A DNA stretch of 60,701 bases, the filler included, from Sphacelaria rigidula (Eukaryota): the NCBI GenBank assembly GCA_964200075.2. It is 9 parts of 9 records of this genome, joined end to end, with 100 filler letters (N's around TTAATTAATTAA, not from the genome) between each part and the next. Parts side by side here need not be neighbours in the genome. Positions count along the whole stretch, not along the records: positions 47,292 to 53,946 come from CAXNAA020018802.1; positions 54,047 to 60,701 come from CAXNAA020018803.1; 7 more parts are not named here. The stretch is one strand, 5' to 3'. Positions within the stretch are counted from its first letter, which is position 1; each line of letters begins with the position of its first letter. Below, piece after piece: positions 47,763 to 60,549 of the stretch. The translations under genes and the position numbers were made by a program. Below the pieces are notes generated by a model that had not been told where the DNA came from, searched no databases, and saw only the letters and a list, made by a program, of their open reading frames with translations.

Positions 47763-49249
47763 CGTATTGATGGTACAGAACGCTTCGCGGATGGCGCAGG
47801 TATATCGGCCACTACCGACAAATCGGCACAGGGGATGTGCTATGTTAACCCAGTGCTGCGTCAGCTGATCTTTGCGTGTTTGACAGGTCTTTCCCTAGCT
47901 GGTGTACGTGTCAAAAACAAAAATAACAATGAATGACTCTTTGCCGTTATGCCCGCGTATCGTTATCTATGCTACGGTTGCTGGAGGCTTCATAGGGTAA
48001 CAGGGTCACCTCCCAATAGGCTTGGGGAATATGTTTAATTGATTTTCGCACTTGAGGTGATTCCCGAGAGACCCAGCCATGGTCATTATCCATAATATAA
48101 GCGTTCCGAAGGTGAACAAGACGGAAATTTTCGCGAAAGATTAAGGCAAGTGAGTGGGACGTACGTTGGAGAAAAGTGTCTCGATTAAGGCGGCTGAATA
48201 ATAGTTGAAATCTCCTTGGCAACTTCATGAGGTAAAAACAACCCGGCAGCCTTAGTATCTTCGATCTGTTGCGTGTTCGACTGTGCTGCTATTGTTCGCT
48301 TTTTTCGGAATGATACATGACTGGTGGTTCCTACTGGTGTCTTCTTTAACACCGAGATTCTCGTCGATTAACGCCTGCCTTGCTGCAAGTACTCTCAACA
48401 ATGTTTACGTGAGAGTGAGAGCAGAGGATACGATTGAGAAATAAGATTTTCAGTCAATTAATGAATGATTCGCTTCAGTTGCCGAAATGCCCCTCCACGA
48501 GGCCCGACATGCTCCCTGTACGGTAGTAGCTTGCCACTGAAGCCTTTGATATCTCTGAGAAGGATATCGACGTCTAGCTGTAAGCACACGACAGTGTTAC
48601 AGGCAAAGAAAAGCACACCCTGGATGAAAAGTTGATCACGTTGAAGCGAATCATAAAACCCACTCTTAATCTCACGAAAACATTCCTTGTTTTGGCCGCA
48701 GGAACGAAATTGGTTCCTCATGCCTTCCAAGAAGATACCGAAGACTAAAGCCACTTCCGCAACTAGCTTGTAACGACCGATACTGCGGTTTGGCTCAACA
48801 GCTCGTTCCTTTGACTGCAAAAGTTGTCAGTTTTGTGTCCACATTATGACACAAGGGATTTTGGCAGCTTGGGTTTGATTCACCGAAGCACCTGTACTCT
48901 ATAGTCGTGATCCGCAAAAAGCCGTCCGTGCAAACCTTCACCGGCAATGAATTAGGTATACATGCTATATGTGACGGAAATCCGATGTGTTTGGAAGTGC
49001 AATGTTTCTCCCATGTTTCATCGGAGTATACGCGTCCTGTTGGTCATTCTGTAGAGAGCTGTGTCGGTCAAGATTGAACACTGGACGTGGGTTTATTCAG
49101 TCTGAATTGCCATCTTATCAACATTTTCCTGTGTGTGAATGTAGAACATCTCGCCAGTATTTTCTATTTGTGATCTGTCTTGAAACACCCCCACTTCCCT
49201 CCGTCGAACCCGAAATCAACCTCCGCTCCCACGTGTTTCGCGGCCACAG

Positions 49250-49399
49250 GAAGAAGACCGCTTCCTCATGTGCTCCAAGAAGAGGCCGAATAATGCGACC
49301 TCCAACTACCTCGTGTCCATGCGAGCCGGGGACTTGGACCGCAACTCCACGAATTTTCTCGGAAAGCTCCGCGCCAACTTCGTGGGAACGGAGTTTCAG
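49250..49399 (+). CDS. Tubby-like protein, Tub domain exon
   Basis: CAG|...|GTAACG, 150 nt, EEDRFLMCSKKRPNNATSNYLVSMRAGDLDRNSTNFLGKLRANFVGTEFQ (KR...TSNYL.S...DL.R....GKLR.NF.GT.F motif). Confidence 0.92.
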
Positions 49400-51912
49400 G
49401 TAACGTTTTTATCCGCAATTCCTCGTGTGCCTGGTGCAAACCACAGACTGCAGAGTTTGCCCCCAGTTCGGTGCAAATGAGCAATGGTTGAAAATGTGCT
49501 TGTTTCCAGTGTACGGCATCATCATTCGGATCTACACGAGGTCTTGTTCTGTAAGGTATATATATTATAATATATACCAGCTGAAATTTGGGTATTTGAC
49601 GGAAGTATTGAGACGTTTTTGTTTTCGGTAAAATACCCGTCCGAACCATATCCGGATCGTTTGGGACAAGGATCGATACCCTGCCGGACCATATCGGGAT
49701 GTTTGGTACACATGTCGGTGTGTTTTTTTATACCTAACAAGAACCCTCACATTTCCGGTGCGCGCAGCCCGCGCAGCCCGCGCAGCCCGCGCAGCCCGCG
49801 ATTTAGCTCGAATGAGCGCCTTCAGGTGACTCGAGCCACGCCAAAGCACGCTTTGCCCAGAGCATTATATGTACCTCGCCTACGTTGCCCGAGCGTTCTC
49901 CTGACTCCTCGGTTTTGGGTGTGGGATAGGTAAGGGTTAGCGTTGTGGTTTCACAAAAACCAGATAACTCTTCAAACATTTATTTTTTTCGCGCCGAACT
50001 GGGGGAGACCCAGATCCCGACAGATGGATTCCTAGATAGACGGCTGCGAAGACGTGGAGCCTTAAACCTTGAGCCGTGTGTTGTCGACACCAAGGAAGGA
50101 AGCGGGAGAGAAACAATACGTGTGCGCAAGCATCATGCTGATTGATCGCCGGGCGGGTCTATGGTTGCGGCGACTGATCAACGTGCTGTTTTTTGGACGC
50201 TTGCTCCTTGTCCCCCGTTCATTTTTTTTTTGTTTCGATACATGACCTGACCGCGGGTGCGATGAAAGCTTATAGTCCTGAGTCATGGATCGGCGGCCAC
50301 GGATCACCCGGTTCGTTGCCACTGGTAGTGGTACTCGTGAATAGAGGCAATAGAGGCAATAGAGGCAATAGAGGCAGGCTGCTGAGCATTAGCAGTGTTG
50401 TGTCGTGTTTTTTTTTCCCGCTGAAGTTCAGCTATCGATATTGTTCCGAAACGAAACCTGGGTCGCAAGGGTTCAGCGCCCCCCTTCAAGCACCCTGGCC
50501 TGCAGTCGGACTCCTGACACCCATTAATGACCATTTCTTGCGAGCGCCCAGGTCCGACTGGCATCGATCAGGTCGAACTGGCATCCATCAAGGCATACGC
50601 AACGATCATTCTATATAGGTTTGAACTTCCCCATCCCCTCGGCACCTCGAAGAACAAGTAGCATGGGCGCTTGAAAGACTACTAAACCTCTGCTCTGTGG
50701 ACGTTCTCACGGACGGATCATGAGCTACGTAACATATCGAACCGAAGAGAACTCTCAGATCCCTTGTCCAAGAACACAGAAGTACGTGACACCCGGTCCG
50801 AGAAGTCTGAGCGCTACCCTCGCGCGTTTTCGTGTGCTCGCCGTGCAGGGGCTGTAGGGAGCAAATAAGGAAGAAAAACAAAAGGGGGGGGGGGGGCAAA
50901 CGAGCCAGCTCATGATCCCGAACAGCACGCTAGTAGAGAGTAGTATCGAGATTGCTCTTGAGCTGTTCGACTTGTGAGGAGTAGACAGTTTTGAATGAAC
51001 CGTATGTGGTATAGTACAACAGATACGATCGCCATCGCGAACGGTACAGGGAGGACTGTTTGGTGTGGGTTCCCTCGCCGTGAGCACGTCATCTACGGAA
51101 AACTGGAAGTATGCGCATGGTGTGTACAAACTGGTACGTTCGCATACTCGGACAAAAATGTTCCATATGGAAATAAAGTGTGCGATCTTTCCTCAGAAGA
51201 AAGATACGAATTGTCTCGACAAGACTTTTTTGTTTCAATAATTTTGCCGCAGTCAACTGGCGAAGGAACATCAGAGGTATCTCTAAACTTGAGAGTCTCG
51301 GCATAAAATTCGCCGTAACTTACCGCTTAGTATATCGGAAATCTCGAGCTTGACATACCACCTCAATAGCGCACAACCATATTCTACTCTTGCGAGAATA
51401 TGTGTTGAAACTAAATAAACCGGAGACCGGATATATATACATACGAAGTATATATATATTTCTATGTACTGTTGGTTGAAAATGCGGATACCTTTCCTAT
51501 TCATATCACCTGCTAGATAGAGGCGCACTACCGCACGACCACGTCGTCTCCGGGAATCCCCAACATTTTCGCAACCCCAACTATGTCATCTTCCAAGCTC
51601 GTATTTTTTCAGAGCACTCTGAACTTGCGCTGGCAGAGGAGAAGGTCTACTGGCACCTGTCGACTGCATCTTGCTGGCAATATCCGCTGTCAGTGACGAT
51701 ATTTCTGTACCGTTAGGTGTGACATATATGGTCTTCGAGTGATAACCTTCCCGGACCCGGGAGGTGAACACCCCAAGGATGATGTATAACCCTTTGGTCG
51801 CCAGGGTAGGCAAGGGGGGGGGGGGGGGGGCGTCTGCTTTTTTTGATTGTTTCGCCCGGGTCTGTATGGACGCCNNNNNNNNNNGAGGACGCGGGGGGGG
51901 TGGGGTGGGGGT

Positions 51913-51955
<43 letters not shown>

Positions 51956-51959
51956 ACTC

Positions 51960-52370
51960 ATTCGTTGCTTGCCTCAGTCGTTTGATCATTGCCTACGTTC
52001 CTACTCCTAATAGAGATACCTCCAACATTTAGGTGCTCATTAGGTTTCTTCCATACAATACACAAAAACCTTTTACATATCTTATCCCCGTCCTGTTTCG
52101 CCGTCCCTGGCCACCATCTATCTCCTAGTACAGCCACCATTTTCCCCCTACTATCTAATGCATCAAGCGATTTCATGCCATCTTCGTTCACGTCCCGCAT
52201 TTCCCCCTCTAGCACGTCTCGTTCCTCTCTGTATAGTTCACATTCTGCAGCTATATGACTTCTGCTCTCTATCGCTTTGCCACAGGGACAGTTCTGTGCA
52301 CCTACGTCTTCCTCCTTTCGACTACTGGTATATCTTTTCCTTCTTCTTGGCGAGGTCCAGGTCCCCCACC
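51960..52370 (-). mobile_element. LINE C-terminal remnant in the Tubby intron
   Basis: CPCGKAIESRSHIAAECELY...LGDRWWP; homologous to 1-285. Confidence 0.7.
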
Positions 52371-53467
52371 CGATATCGCAGTCGGGAGGTGGGGGGGGGG
52401 GGGGGGGGGGGAAGTTAAAAAGGGGGGCGGTGAAGTTCAAAACGTATTCAACGGTGCCAAATTGCGTGGAAGCTCCTTCATACACATTTCGATACGCCAC
52501 CATAGCTCGTGTTGCATTCATCTTGCGTTTCGTTCATGCTCTCGGGTAAACACGGGCACTTTTGGACCATAGCGCGAGTGAGCGTTCCGAGTGGCCCTAT
52601 CCATGTGCACATGTCTTTTTGTCACGTTTGATCACCTAGGGCACATACATCCTGTGATGACGGCTAGGTCCCTCTTGTGGATAATGATCAGGTGATGTGC
52701 GAATATTAATCAATTATTTGATCGATCTATCAACCTATTAATGTCGCGCGATACAGGAATATTCGGCTCGATTCAAGTTCATCGCCTCTATCAAAGGCTA
52801 CAATCAACCAATCAACCAATCTATGTCGCAGCAGACAAGAGTGTTGGGCTCGATCCGTGTCCATCGCTTGTATCAACGTTTTACAATTAGTCCTTTCTTT
52901 CCGTGCTTCGCTTTTCAATAACTTTATGTTCATTTCTTTTTTTCACGTCGTAGTCTACTATGTCGTTCTATTCGACTTTTGTTTTTTTCTGTTCCTTATT
53001 TTTCTTCAGCGAGTGTTCCAGTTTTGTTTCGTCCTGGGTACGTCTACCATGCGACCACGGCTGGATCATGACTCTGGGGGGTCAGTCAGAGTGCGAGAGT
53101 CAATCAAATTCAATCAATAAATTTATCAATCGATCAGTCAAGGTCGCGGCAGACACGAATATTCGGCTCGATCCACGCTCACCGCCTATATCAAAGTTTT
53201 GCGTGTGACTCATGGTGAAGGATACTGACAATTTTCGCGCGATTCTCGCACCGCATGGAAACATGGAAAATTGCCAGGATGGTACCAACAGGGAGGAGGA
53301 CCCTCATCACTAATTACACGACTCCACGTGTGCGTCATCGAAACACGTACAAGAAAACATTACTATTTCGGATTTTCTCGAATACAATCCACTACGACCA
53401 TGAACAAAAATAACGGAAAACCTGAAGGCTTGAGTACAATACTGGATCATGACAAAAAAACGTTCAG

Positions 53468-53659
53468 GTGTTCGATGACGGGTTCAACCCTCGTGAACCC
53501 GGCACATTCGGGCTTTCGAAGACATTGGGAGGCGGTAGCGGAAGCGGAAGCGGTACGGGAGGTTTCGGTTCGGACGTCAAGCGGCCCATGCGCGAGGAGT
53601 TGGGCTGCGTGCTGTACGCATCGAATGTGCTTGGGTCGAGAGGGCCTAGGAAGATGCAG
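53468..53659 (+). CDS. Tubby-like protein, next Tub domain exon
   Basis: CAG|...|GTAGAG, 192 nt, VFDDGFNP...REELGCVLYASNVLGSRGPRKMQ; in frame with the exon at 49250-49399 (4,068-bp intron). Confidence 0.92.
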
Positions 53660-53946
53660 GTAGAGTGCTATGATGGTCCGACAATAACTTTCACCTGTCG
53701 GACAGCTCATGAGCTACCCAAAACAACCAATCGAAGGGGACGCCCAGATCCCTTATCCAAAAGCACAAATTACGTTACGGCAGGGTACGAGAAGCCAAAG
53801 CGCTACCTTTTACGCTGTTCCGCGTGCTCGGTGTTCAGCGCTGTTTTTTTTTTTTTTTCACACTTTGAACCCCCCCCCCCTTCTTCCGACTGGTGCCTGT
53901 TCAGTGCAGACCCGCCCCCCTCTCTCCCCCGCCCAACCTTTCTTTT

Positions 53947-54046
53947 NNNNNNNNNNNNNNNNNNNNNNNNNNNNNNNNNNNNNNNNNNNNTTAATTAATT
54001 AANNNNNNNNNNNNNNNNNNNNNNNNNNNNNNNNNNNNNNNNNNNN
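53947..54046. other. Artificial contig spacer
   Basis: N run with a central TTAATTAATTAA. Confidence 0.98.
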
Positions 54047-54459
54047 AGGTACACGCAGCCCAGACACGTGGAATGGCGCAAAAATTTCGTGGATACCCCT
54101 TGGACCAGCGGTCAACTTTTTTCTCCCTTTTTGGGCAATGAGACCGAAGAAATCGTGGATTTGGTGATTCGAAGCCGTGATGATTCGTCCTAACCGTGAA
54201 AAGCTCCATCCTCAATTTCGATGATCGGCTGTTGAATGTTGTGTGTCGACATCCACTATCTCGTGTTGAAGGTGTTGAGCGCGCTGTTGATCTGCTTAAA
54301 AATGTTACAACAGTATACAAGCTCCACGCAGACCCGCGATCCTTCTACACGTTCGAGTAGGCATGCTTGTCTGCCGCCAGGTAGTTACGACGTGTTTTTA
54401 GTGTCAGCTAGCAGCATGCCGCTTCCGGTAGGCAAGCGTTACTTTTATGCGCATGCCCG

Positions 54460-54970
54460 TTGAGGGTTGGCATCGATCGGCAGCGGCGCTGTAAAATACG
54501 CCACTCATTGCATAAGCTAGGCTACCACGTTGCCGTTCTTTTTTCTCGCTTGCGTTTGTTTGCGGTGACCATGAATGTTCTGAGCTGGACCATATTGTGC
54601 GGGGTGGAGAACCTCAACTTCCCGCAAAGGGGGATGATCGTACTACCTAGTGTTGGAATGATGAGACACCCGTGGGGCCGTGTGTAGCCCGTGGCTATCT
54701 CCGGAAGTAGCGATACCAGAAAACGGAATAACTCATTGCAGGCTGTCCGTCATCCAAATCTAAGGTAACCAATACGTCTCGGGCCGAACGATCATACGAG
54801 TAGTAGGATGCAGCTAACCCCTCATGCGACTCGCAGAACACATCACGGAGACTCGCGCTTGGTGATTGCGAGTTTGGTCCGGGGAAAACCCAGGCGTACT
54901 CTGTTCCGGCTTTGCAGAGATGCGAGGTCACTGGTCTCATGAGTACGGCATGCAGAATAATATTAGTACA
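54460..54970 (-). mobile_element. Repeat family R1, near full-length copy
   Basis: Collinear with 14828-15345 (tgagggttg.c.tcg...cgctgtaaaa...taagctaggc...ggctttg.agagatgcgaggtca). Confidence 0.85.
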
Positions 54971-55661
54971 CACTATCTGTATAACTGCACCATCGAGGTC
55001 CGCTGCATACCCTGGATAATGGCAATAGATTCTATTGTGAAAAAATGTACTGCGTACAGTATGGAATCTAATGTCTGCTGCAAAAGGCGCAATAGTCGAT
55101 ACTATACGCGGTACACTTTTGATTGTATTCTATTGTCCAGGGTATGATCCGCTGCACTGCATGTACGTGCTACGTGCCGAGTGTCCTGCAGAGAGCAGGC
55201 CTGGCCGTGAGAGGTTGCAAGCTGTGTGTTTTGTAGTCGATTCGAAGAAGAGTGAAAAAAAGAAGAAGCTGGAAAAGCCGAGTCGAATCGAAAAAAAACA
55301 AAATAAGGAGGGGATCTGAGAAGAGCCATATATATATATATATATGTGTGTTGTATGTGGTGTGTGTTGTGTATATTATTGTTGTTTATATTGTTAGATC
55401 TACAATCGCCGTGTACTGCAGAGAGGCAGGTGGGGCGGGGAGGAGGGGAGGGATGCGAGTTTGCGCAGAATTCCACGCGAAAAATAATAAAGGAAAATAA
55501 AACAGCGTGTACCCTAAACTAATTTGAGTATGATGCACGTGGTCGTCGACCAAAACATTATACTGAATTACTGAATCCCCCGCTCCCCCCCATCCCATGC
55601 CTGCCTCCCGAAACCTGGTCTTTCGCCGCTCGTTGTTGTTGTTCTACATGTCATACTGCAG

Positions 55662-55805
55662 TACTGCTTGGAAACGTTTCACGGGCGGTGTCCGCTCGAG
55701 CTAAACCTAGGGATGGTGTACGTTTTCCTTGACGCCTGCCCCGATGAGGACATGCAGAAGACAAACAAGACTTTTCAAGCTCTAGTGTCTCTTATGGGGT
55801 TGGAG
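55662..55805 (+). CDS. Putative exon of an unknown protein
   Basis: Pyrimidine-rich CAG|...|GTGGGT, 144 nt, YCLETFHGRCPLELNLGMVYVFLDACPDEDMQKTNKTFQALVSLMGLE. Confidence 0.55.
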
Positions 55806-57317
55806 GTGGGTGCCGGAGTAAGGACCAGCAGACGAGAATGGGTGAAGGGGTTGGGGGGAGGGGGAAGTCGCGGGGCGGGAGCTATGTAGATATCTGACTT
55901 CAGGTATGTCCGCGCAAGGCGTTCCGGACTGATGTTCGCCTTGTTACTCGCAGAACACCCTCCCGATGCACGGGATGGAGAAGGCCGTACTCATTCTCGT
56001 TTGTTGTTTGCCTGACCATTGACCACGGATCCCTTTCGAGACGAAGCACGGGGTGGAGGGGGGGGGTGAGAAGATGGTTAGTGACCATGTTCGAAGTATT
56101 TCTGTTCCGATCCCACGGGGTAATATACGGATACCTCTATGAGCGCCAGATCATCCCCAGATAGATCATGCATGTACCACCGGGTAGAAAAGATCGGAAT
56201 ATTTTTTGCCACAACGCAAGCCTAGAGGCACCCCCGGGGACACCATTGCGTTTGTGCTTTTATATATCGTAGGCGGAATCGTCAATTGGACCTCTACGGG
56301 AGCACGAACGTCTGTGACCCAAAATATTGTTTATTGCGCCGCGTAGCGGCGCCTGACACCTGTTGCCTGTCAGCGCGCTTCCGTTGACACCGTGACTGTC
56401 TCTAGCGTCGACGAACCTGTGCCCGAGGGTACATGGTCAGTATCCCGTTTGAGTTAGGGTTAGGGTCCAGTCGGGTTGGGTTGGGTTGCATCGGGTTGCA
56501 TCAAGTTGCTACGATGAACAGTTGCACCAGAGACCACTTTGTAAACGAGTAAGAACACAACTACCCGGTGGTGATCATGTGTGTGTGTGTATGGAACAGG
56601 GTACAGGAGCATCCCCCCGTTGCTTCAGCGGTGTCCGGTTCGTGATTGTTTCGTGCTTGCCGTCATGACGAGTGTGGCGGAGGTGGAAACACAGAATCGC
56701 TGATTCCATCGGTACGGGCCCAAAAATGTGGCCCCGCACTTTTATTCGAGACGCCGCGTCACGGCGCCTGACTCCCGTCGCCCGTGTGGGCACTTTGTCT
56801 TGGCACTGTGAAAGGCTGTAGTAGTGTGGATTCCGCTGTGCCGGAGGGTTGGTTCATCCCTGCATATCGTTGGGATTGAGATTGGGTCGGGTCAGGACGG
56901 TTGGTGTGATGATCAGCAGTAGCACGGGGGGGGCACTTTGTAGACAAGGAACAGTAGTGCGGGTCTATCAAACCTCGATCGAGCTTGTGGACCCGTACGA
57001 GTGGAATTTAGTGATCGCGGAAACATGGCGCACGGTGTGCATGTACAGTAGTGTATTCGAGTGCTGCCACAACGGTGCTGTAGGCGGTAGCAGCGGTGGC
57101 TATCTCAGTGCCGCACTACCATGCCTTCGCCATTTGGGTGGCCTCTGTGTCTCGGCGAGGCCGCAAGCGATTATTGGACAGTCCGTCAGCCCAGTCGGCC
57201 TGCCCCTCCCTCCCTTGCCCGAGGATTCTCGGTGTACTCTCTGATTTTACTAGTGCCCGGGTTATCGTATTTTTAGGGCTTGACAAAAAACGAAGTGTAT
57301 CCAACGATGAAAGTTGT

Positions 57318-57679
57318 CGATGACAACCCGGAGAACTAAAATCTTCGTATCCACACCAAATCTTCAAAATAAAGTTCCATCCTTTCACCAACTGGTAGCT
57401 ACTGACAACTACTACACGCTATAAAAATTTGGATTTCGATTACCGAAATGATGGGGTCCTAGGTGAGGAAATAATTTTGAGGAATTTCGGTGATGCGATC
57501 GGATCGCCGAAATTCCCTGAAATCGATTTTTCACCTAGGATCCCAACATCTCGGTGATCGGAATCAACATTTGTATAGCGTGCATTAGTTGTCAATAGCT
57601 ACCAGTAGGTGAAAGGATGGAACCATATATCGAAAATCCGGTGTAGATACGAAGATTCTAGCTCTCCGGGTTCTCATCC
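57318..57679. mobile_element. Diverged foldback (palindromic) element, ~180 bp arms
   Basis: aacccggaga...cctttcacc.actggtagct...cctaggtga...gaatttcgg is mirrored by ccgaaattc...tcacctagg...agctaccagt.ggtgaaagg...tctccgggtt, centred at ~57499. Confidence 0.85.
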
Positions 57680-58469
57680 TCAATGAAAGGCTCCATCCTC
57701 AAGTTTGATGATCGGCGGTTAGCAGCAGCGGCAGCTGCTGCTGATGCTGTACCGGTGATATACGGCCCTGTAGCACCCATGAGCCCATGAGCTCACACAC
57801 CACGCTGCAAACTGCATTGATATTTCCTGCGCGTGTTCCAACGATGTTGTGGCGACACCTGTCAGAGTTTCCTACAACTCACGCAAGTCCATACATTCGC
57901 ACATAAGCCGGTAGTTGGACTGGCACTGGGGAGCGGATGCTGGGCAAGTGTGACGCTGGACGTACGGTACGAACCGATTGCTCGATCGATTCACAGTTTA
58001 GTCCCCACGGCTCCATCTGACCCCACCCACCCTCGACTAGCAAGTTGAAGGTTAATCTCTGTGATTTACTTGTGTCAGGACACTGCCCACCTATTCCAAA
58101 TGCCCCAAAAATATCACCCCCCGTCGAAGAGGTCGTTCCATGGGGCTGTCCGCCGAAAAAATGATCTGAAACGATTCTCGCCACTTACGCGGTCGAGGAC
58201 GCATTTCTTCTGTTTCTTTTAATGCGAACTTTTGCCAGATGGAATGTTTTTCCCTTGTGTGTGACAAGCAGGGAACCAACAAGAAAAAACAATCGGCAAA
58301 GAAAGCGTCCGTAAGCAGCATCTTGATTGGTTGCCGCGATAGCACCCCGCCGCGTCGAGGCCCAATCAACATGATGCTTGTGGTCGCTCCCCCCCCCATT
58401 TTTTTTTGTTCGGTTCCGTTAGAATGGGGCCTCATTGCTCTGGTAATACCCGTGATACTGGTTTCACGA

Positions 58470-58585
58470 AGGAGATACGGGATTCGTCGCTTTCCTTATA
58501 AGTGCATACTGCCTAAGGGCTACTTGAGAAGATACGGGATTAGTGGCTTTCCCTGTAAGTGCATACTGCCCAAGGGCTACTTGTA
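58470..58585. repeat. ~57-bp tandem duplication
   Basis: agatacgggatt.gt.gctttcc.t.taagtgcatactgcc.aagggctacttg occurs twice. Confidence 0.85.
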
Positions 58586-58733
58586 CGACATGCGTGTGCG
58601 TCTTTGATCTTTTGAGGGAATTTTTTATCGCTAGAATAGTTTTCCCGAATAGTTTCTCCGAAGGGACTCACATACACCTGATCATATTTTCCCGCGCGTA
58701 CACTTATTGGATATATACTGTATATACATACAG

Positions 58734-58969
58734 GTGTCGACGGGCGGGACGCCGATGGAGGAAGGAGGATGTCGAGTGTACCGAGGGATGCTGGGGTTCG
58801 TGCAGGCAAGGCTTTACGTGAAGGGCCGAGGAGACTTTCAGAACAGCAAGCGCCGCTCGATCACGACCTTCTATCGAATATTGGCGGAGCGGATCGCCTC
58901 TGGAGTGTCGGACCAGCCGGTCGCCGTTCTGCACTTGGATGGGGACACCGGCTCGGAGTCGCCGGAAAG
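58734..58969 (+). CDS. Putative exon of an unknown protein (phase-compatible with 55662-55805)
   Basis: CAG|...|GTTAGT, GC-rich coding-like frame VSTGGTPMEEGGCRVYRGMLGFVQARLYVKGRGDFQNSKRRSITTFYRILAERIASGVSDQPVAVLHLDGD. Confidence 0.6.
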
Positions 58970-59000
58970 GTTAGTCGTGCGGCGATGTGTGTAAGGTCTA

Positions 59001-59550
59001 CTTCCTCTGTCCCATAAGTAAAGGTTCCTAAATTTGTACGGGCCCTTAACGATGTCCGATCGTTTTTTTTTGTTTTGTTCAATGAACTCTACGGTGTTTT
59101 TTGGGTCAAGAAAATGTGTTCAAAATTTGCAGCTCGTGCTTGAACCATGCCGCCGAACGGCTGCAAAAAAAGTAGTCGGCCCGAAAATGGCCGTTTTTTG
59201 CCCCTTTCCGAGGGGGAAAAAGTGTGCATTTTTTTTTTTTAATTTTCAATCGCCCCCGCCTTCACTGGGGCTTGCTGCCAGGAAGTCCCACGTGATTGAA
59301 GCCCCCCCCCCCAAAAAGAATGCACACTTTTTTCCCCTTGGGAAGGGGCAAAAAAAATGGTCATTTTCGGGCCGACTACTTTTTTTGCAGCCGTTCGGCG
59401 GCATGGTTCAAGCACACGCCGCAAATTTTGAACACATTTTCTTGACCCAAAAAACACCGTAGAGTTCATTGAACAAAACAAAAAAAGATGATCGGACATC
59501 GTTAAGGGCCCGTACAAATTTAGGTACCTGTAGTTATGGGACAAAGGAAG
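59001..59550. mobile_element. 550-bp long-TIR Stowaway/Tc1-mariner-like MITE with TA TSD
   Basis: TA|cttcctctgtcccataa ... ttatgggacaaaggaag|TA, with ~235 bp near-perfect arms. The terminus resembles the Stowaway CTCCCTCCGTCCCA consensus. Confidence 0.88.
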
Positions 59551-60359
59551 TAGATCTTTCAGCGACATCGTGGGAGATGTTTTTGCTGACGCTTGTCGTT
59601 CTTGGAAAAACATGACTTCAGAACGATCTAGCGGATACAAGACCAGTTTGTATGGCAGTGGCAAAAACGGATCTGTACGCAGATCGGAGGACCTCAGATC
59701 CGGCAACGCATTGTATGGACCCCAATTTGGCCCAAATGGGGGAAGCTCAGATTCAGTTCTCACGAGTTGAGAACGGTTTTACACGAATCTGAGCGCAGGT
59801 CCGTGGAAAGTCGAGGTCCCCCGAATCTGTAGCAACTGACGTAGGTATGTTGACGTACAGTGATAGGGCAACAGGCGTTTGGTATTTTTGCAACAACAGC
59901 AGCAGACAGTCTCGTGACAGCACAGACTGTGCCTGCGAGCGCCGGCTGCTGGAGCAGCTCCGCACGGGGGTTGACAAGCGGATAAAGAGTGAAGACAGTG
60001 CGGTGATGGCAATTTTTTTCGCTGCACTGTACTGCTGTATGTATGTATTATAACGAATGGTACTGTACTATCCTACACTCTGCTGTCGCGGTACTTGCAG
60101 GGTGATGAATGACACTGCACTCGTGAACTCTTGTCGCACACTGTGCACTGTTCTCGCCACACCGACTGTACCATCATGTATTACCACACGGCATTATTGT
60201 GTTCTGTGGTTGTGCAGTGTACTTTACTGCGTTATACCCTAGGGCACCACGGTACGACGCTGCTCTTGAAGGATGATTCCCTGCCTGCCTGTTCTTCGGC
60301 TTCACTGTGATACCACGCCCGCCCAGAAAATGACCGTTATTAGTGTACAGAACAATTTC

Positions 60360-60481
60360 AACAAATCTGTGAAGCCATGCAGGGGTACACACGAATCTGA
60401 GTTTCACGGATCTGGGTCCCCCCGATTTGGCACAGATTCGGGTCCCGCCAGATTCGGGATTGGCTGCCATACAAAGTGGTC
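60360..60481. mobile_element. Partial copy of the GACCACTTTG palindromic MITE family
   Basis: Ends gattggctgccatacaaagtggtc|TAA, matching 43367-43391. Confidence 0.65.
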
Positions 60482-60549
60482 TAATGCGCGAGTCTCTTTG
60501 TCATCTCCTTGCCTATCCTTTCACGAGTCGATAGGGGCATGGGGGCGAG

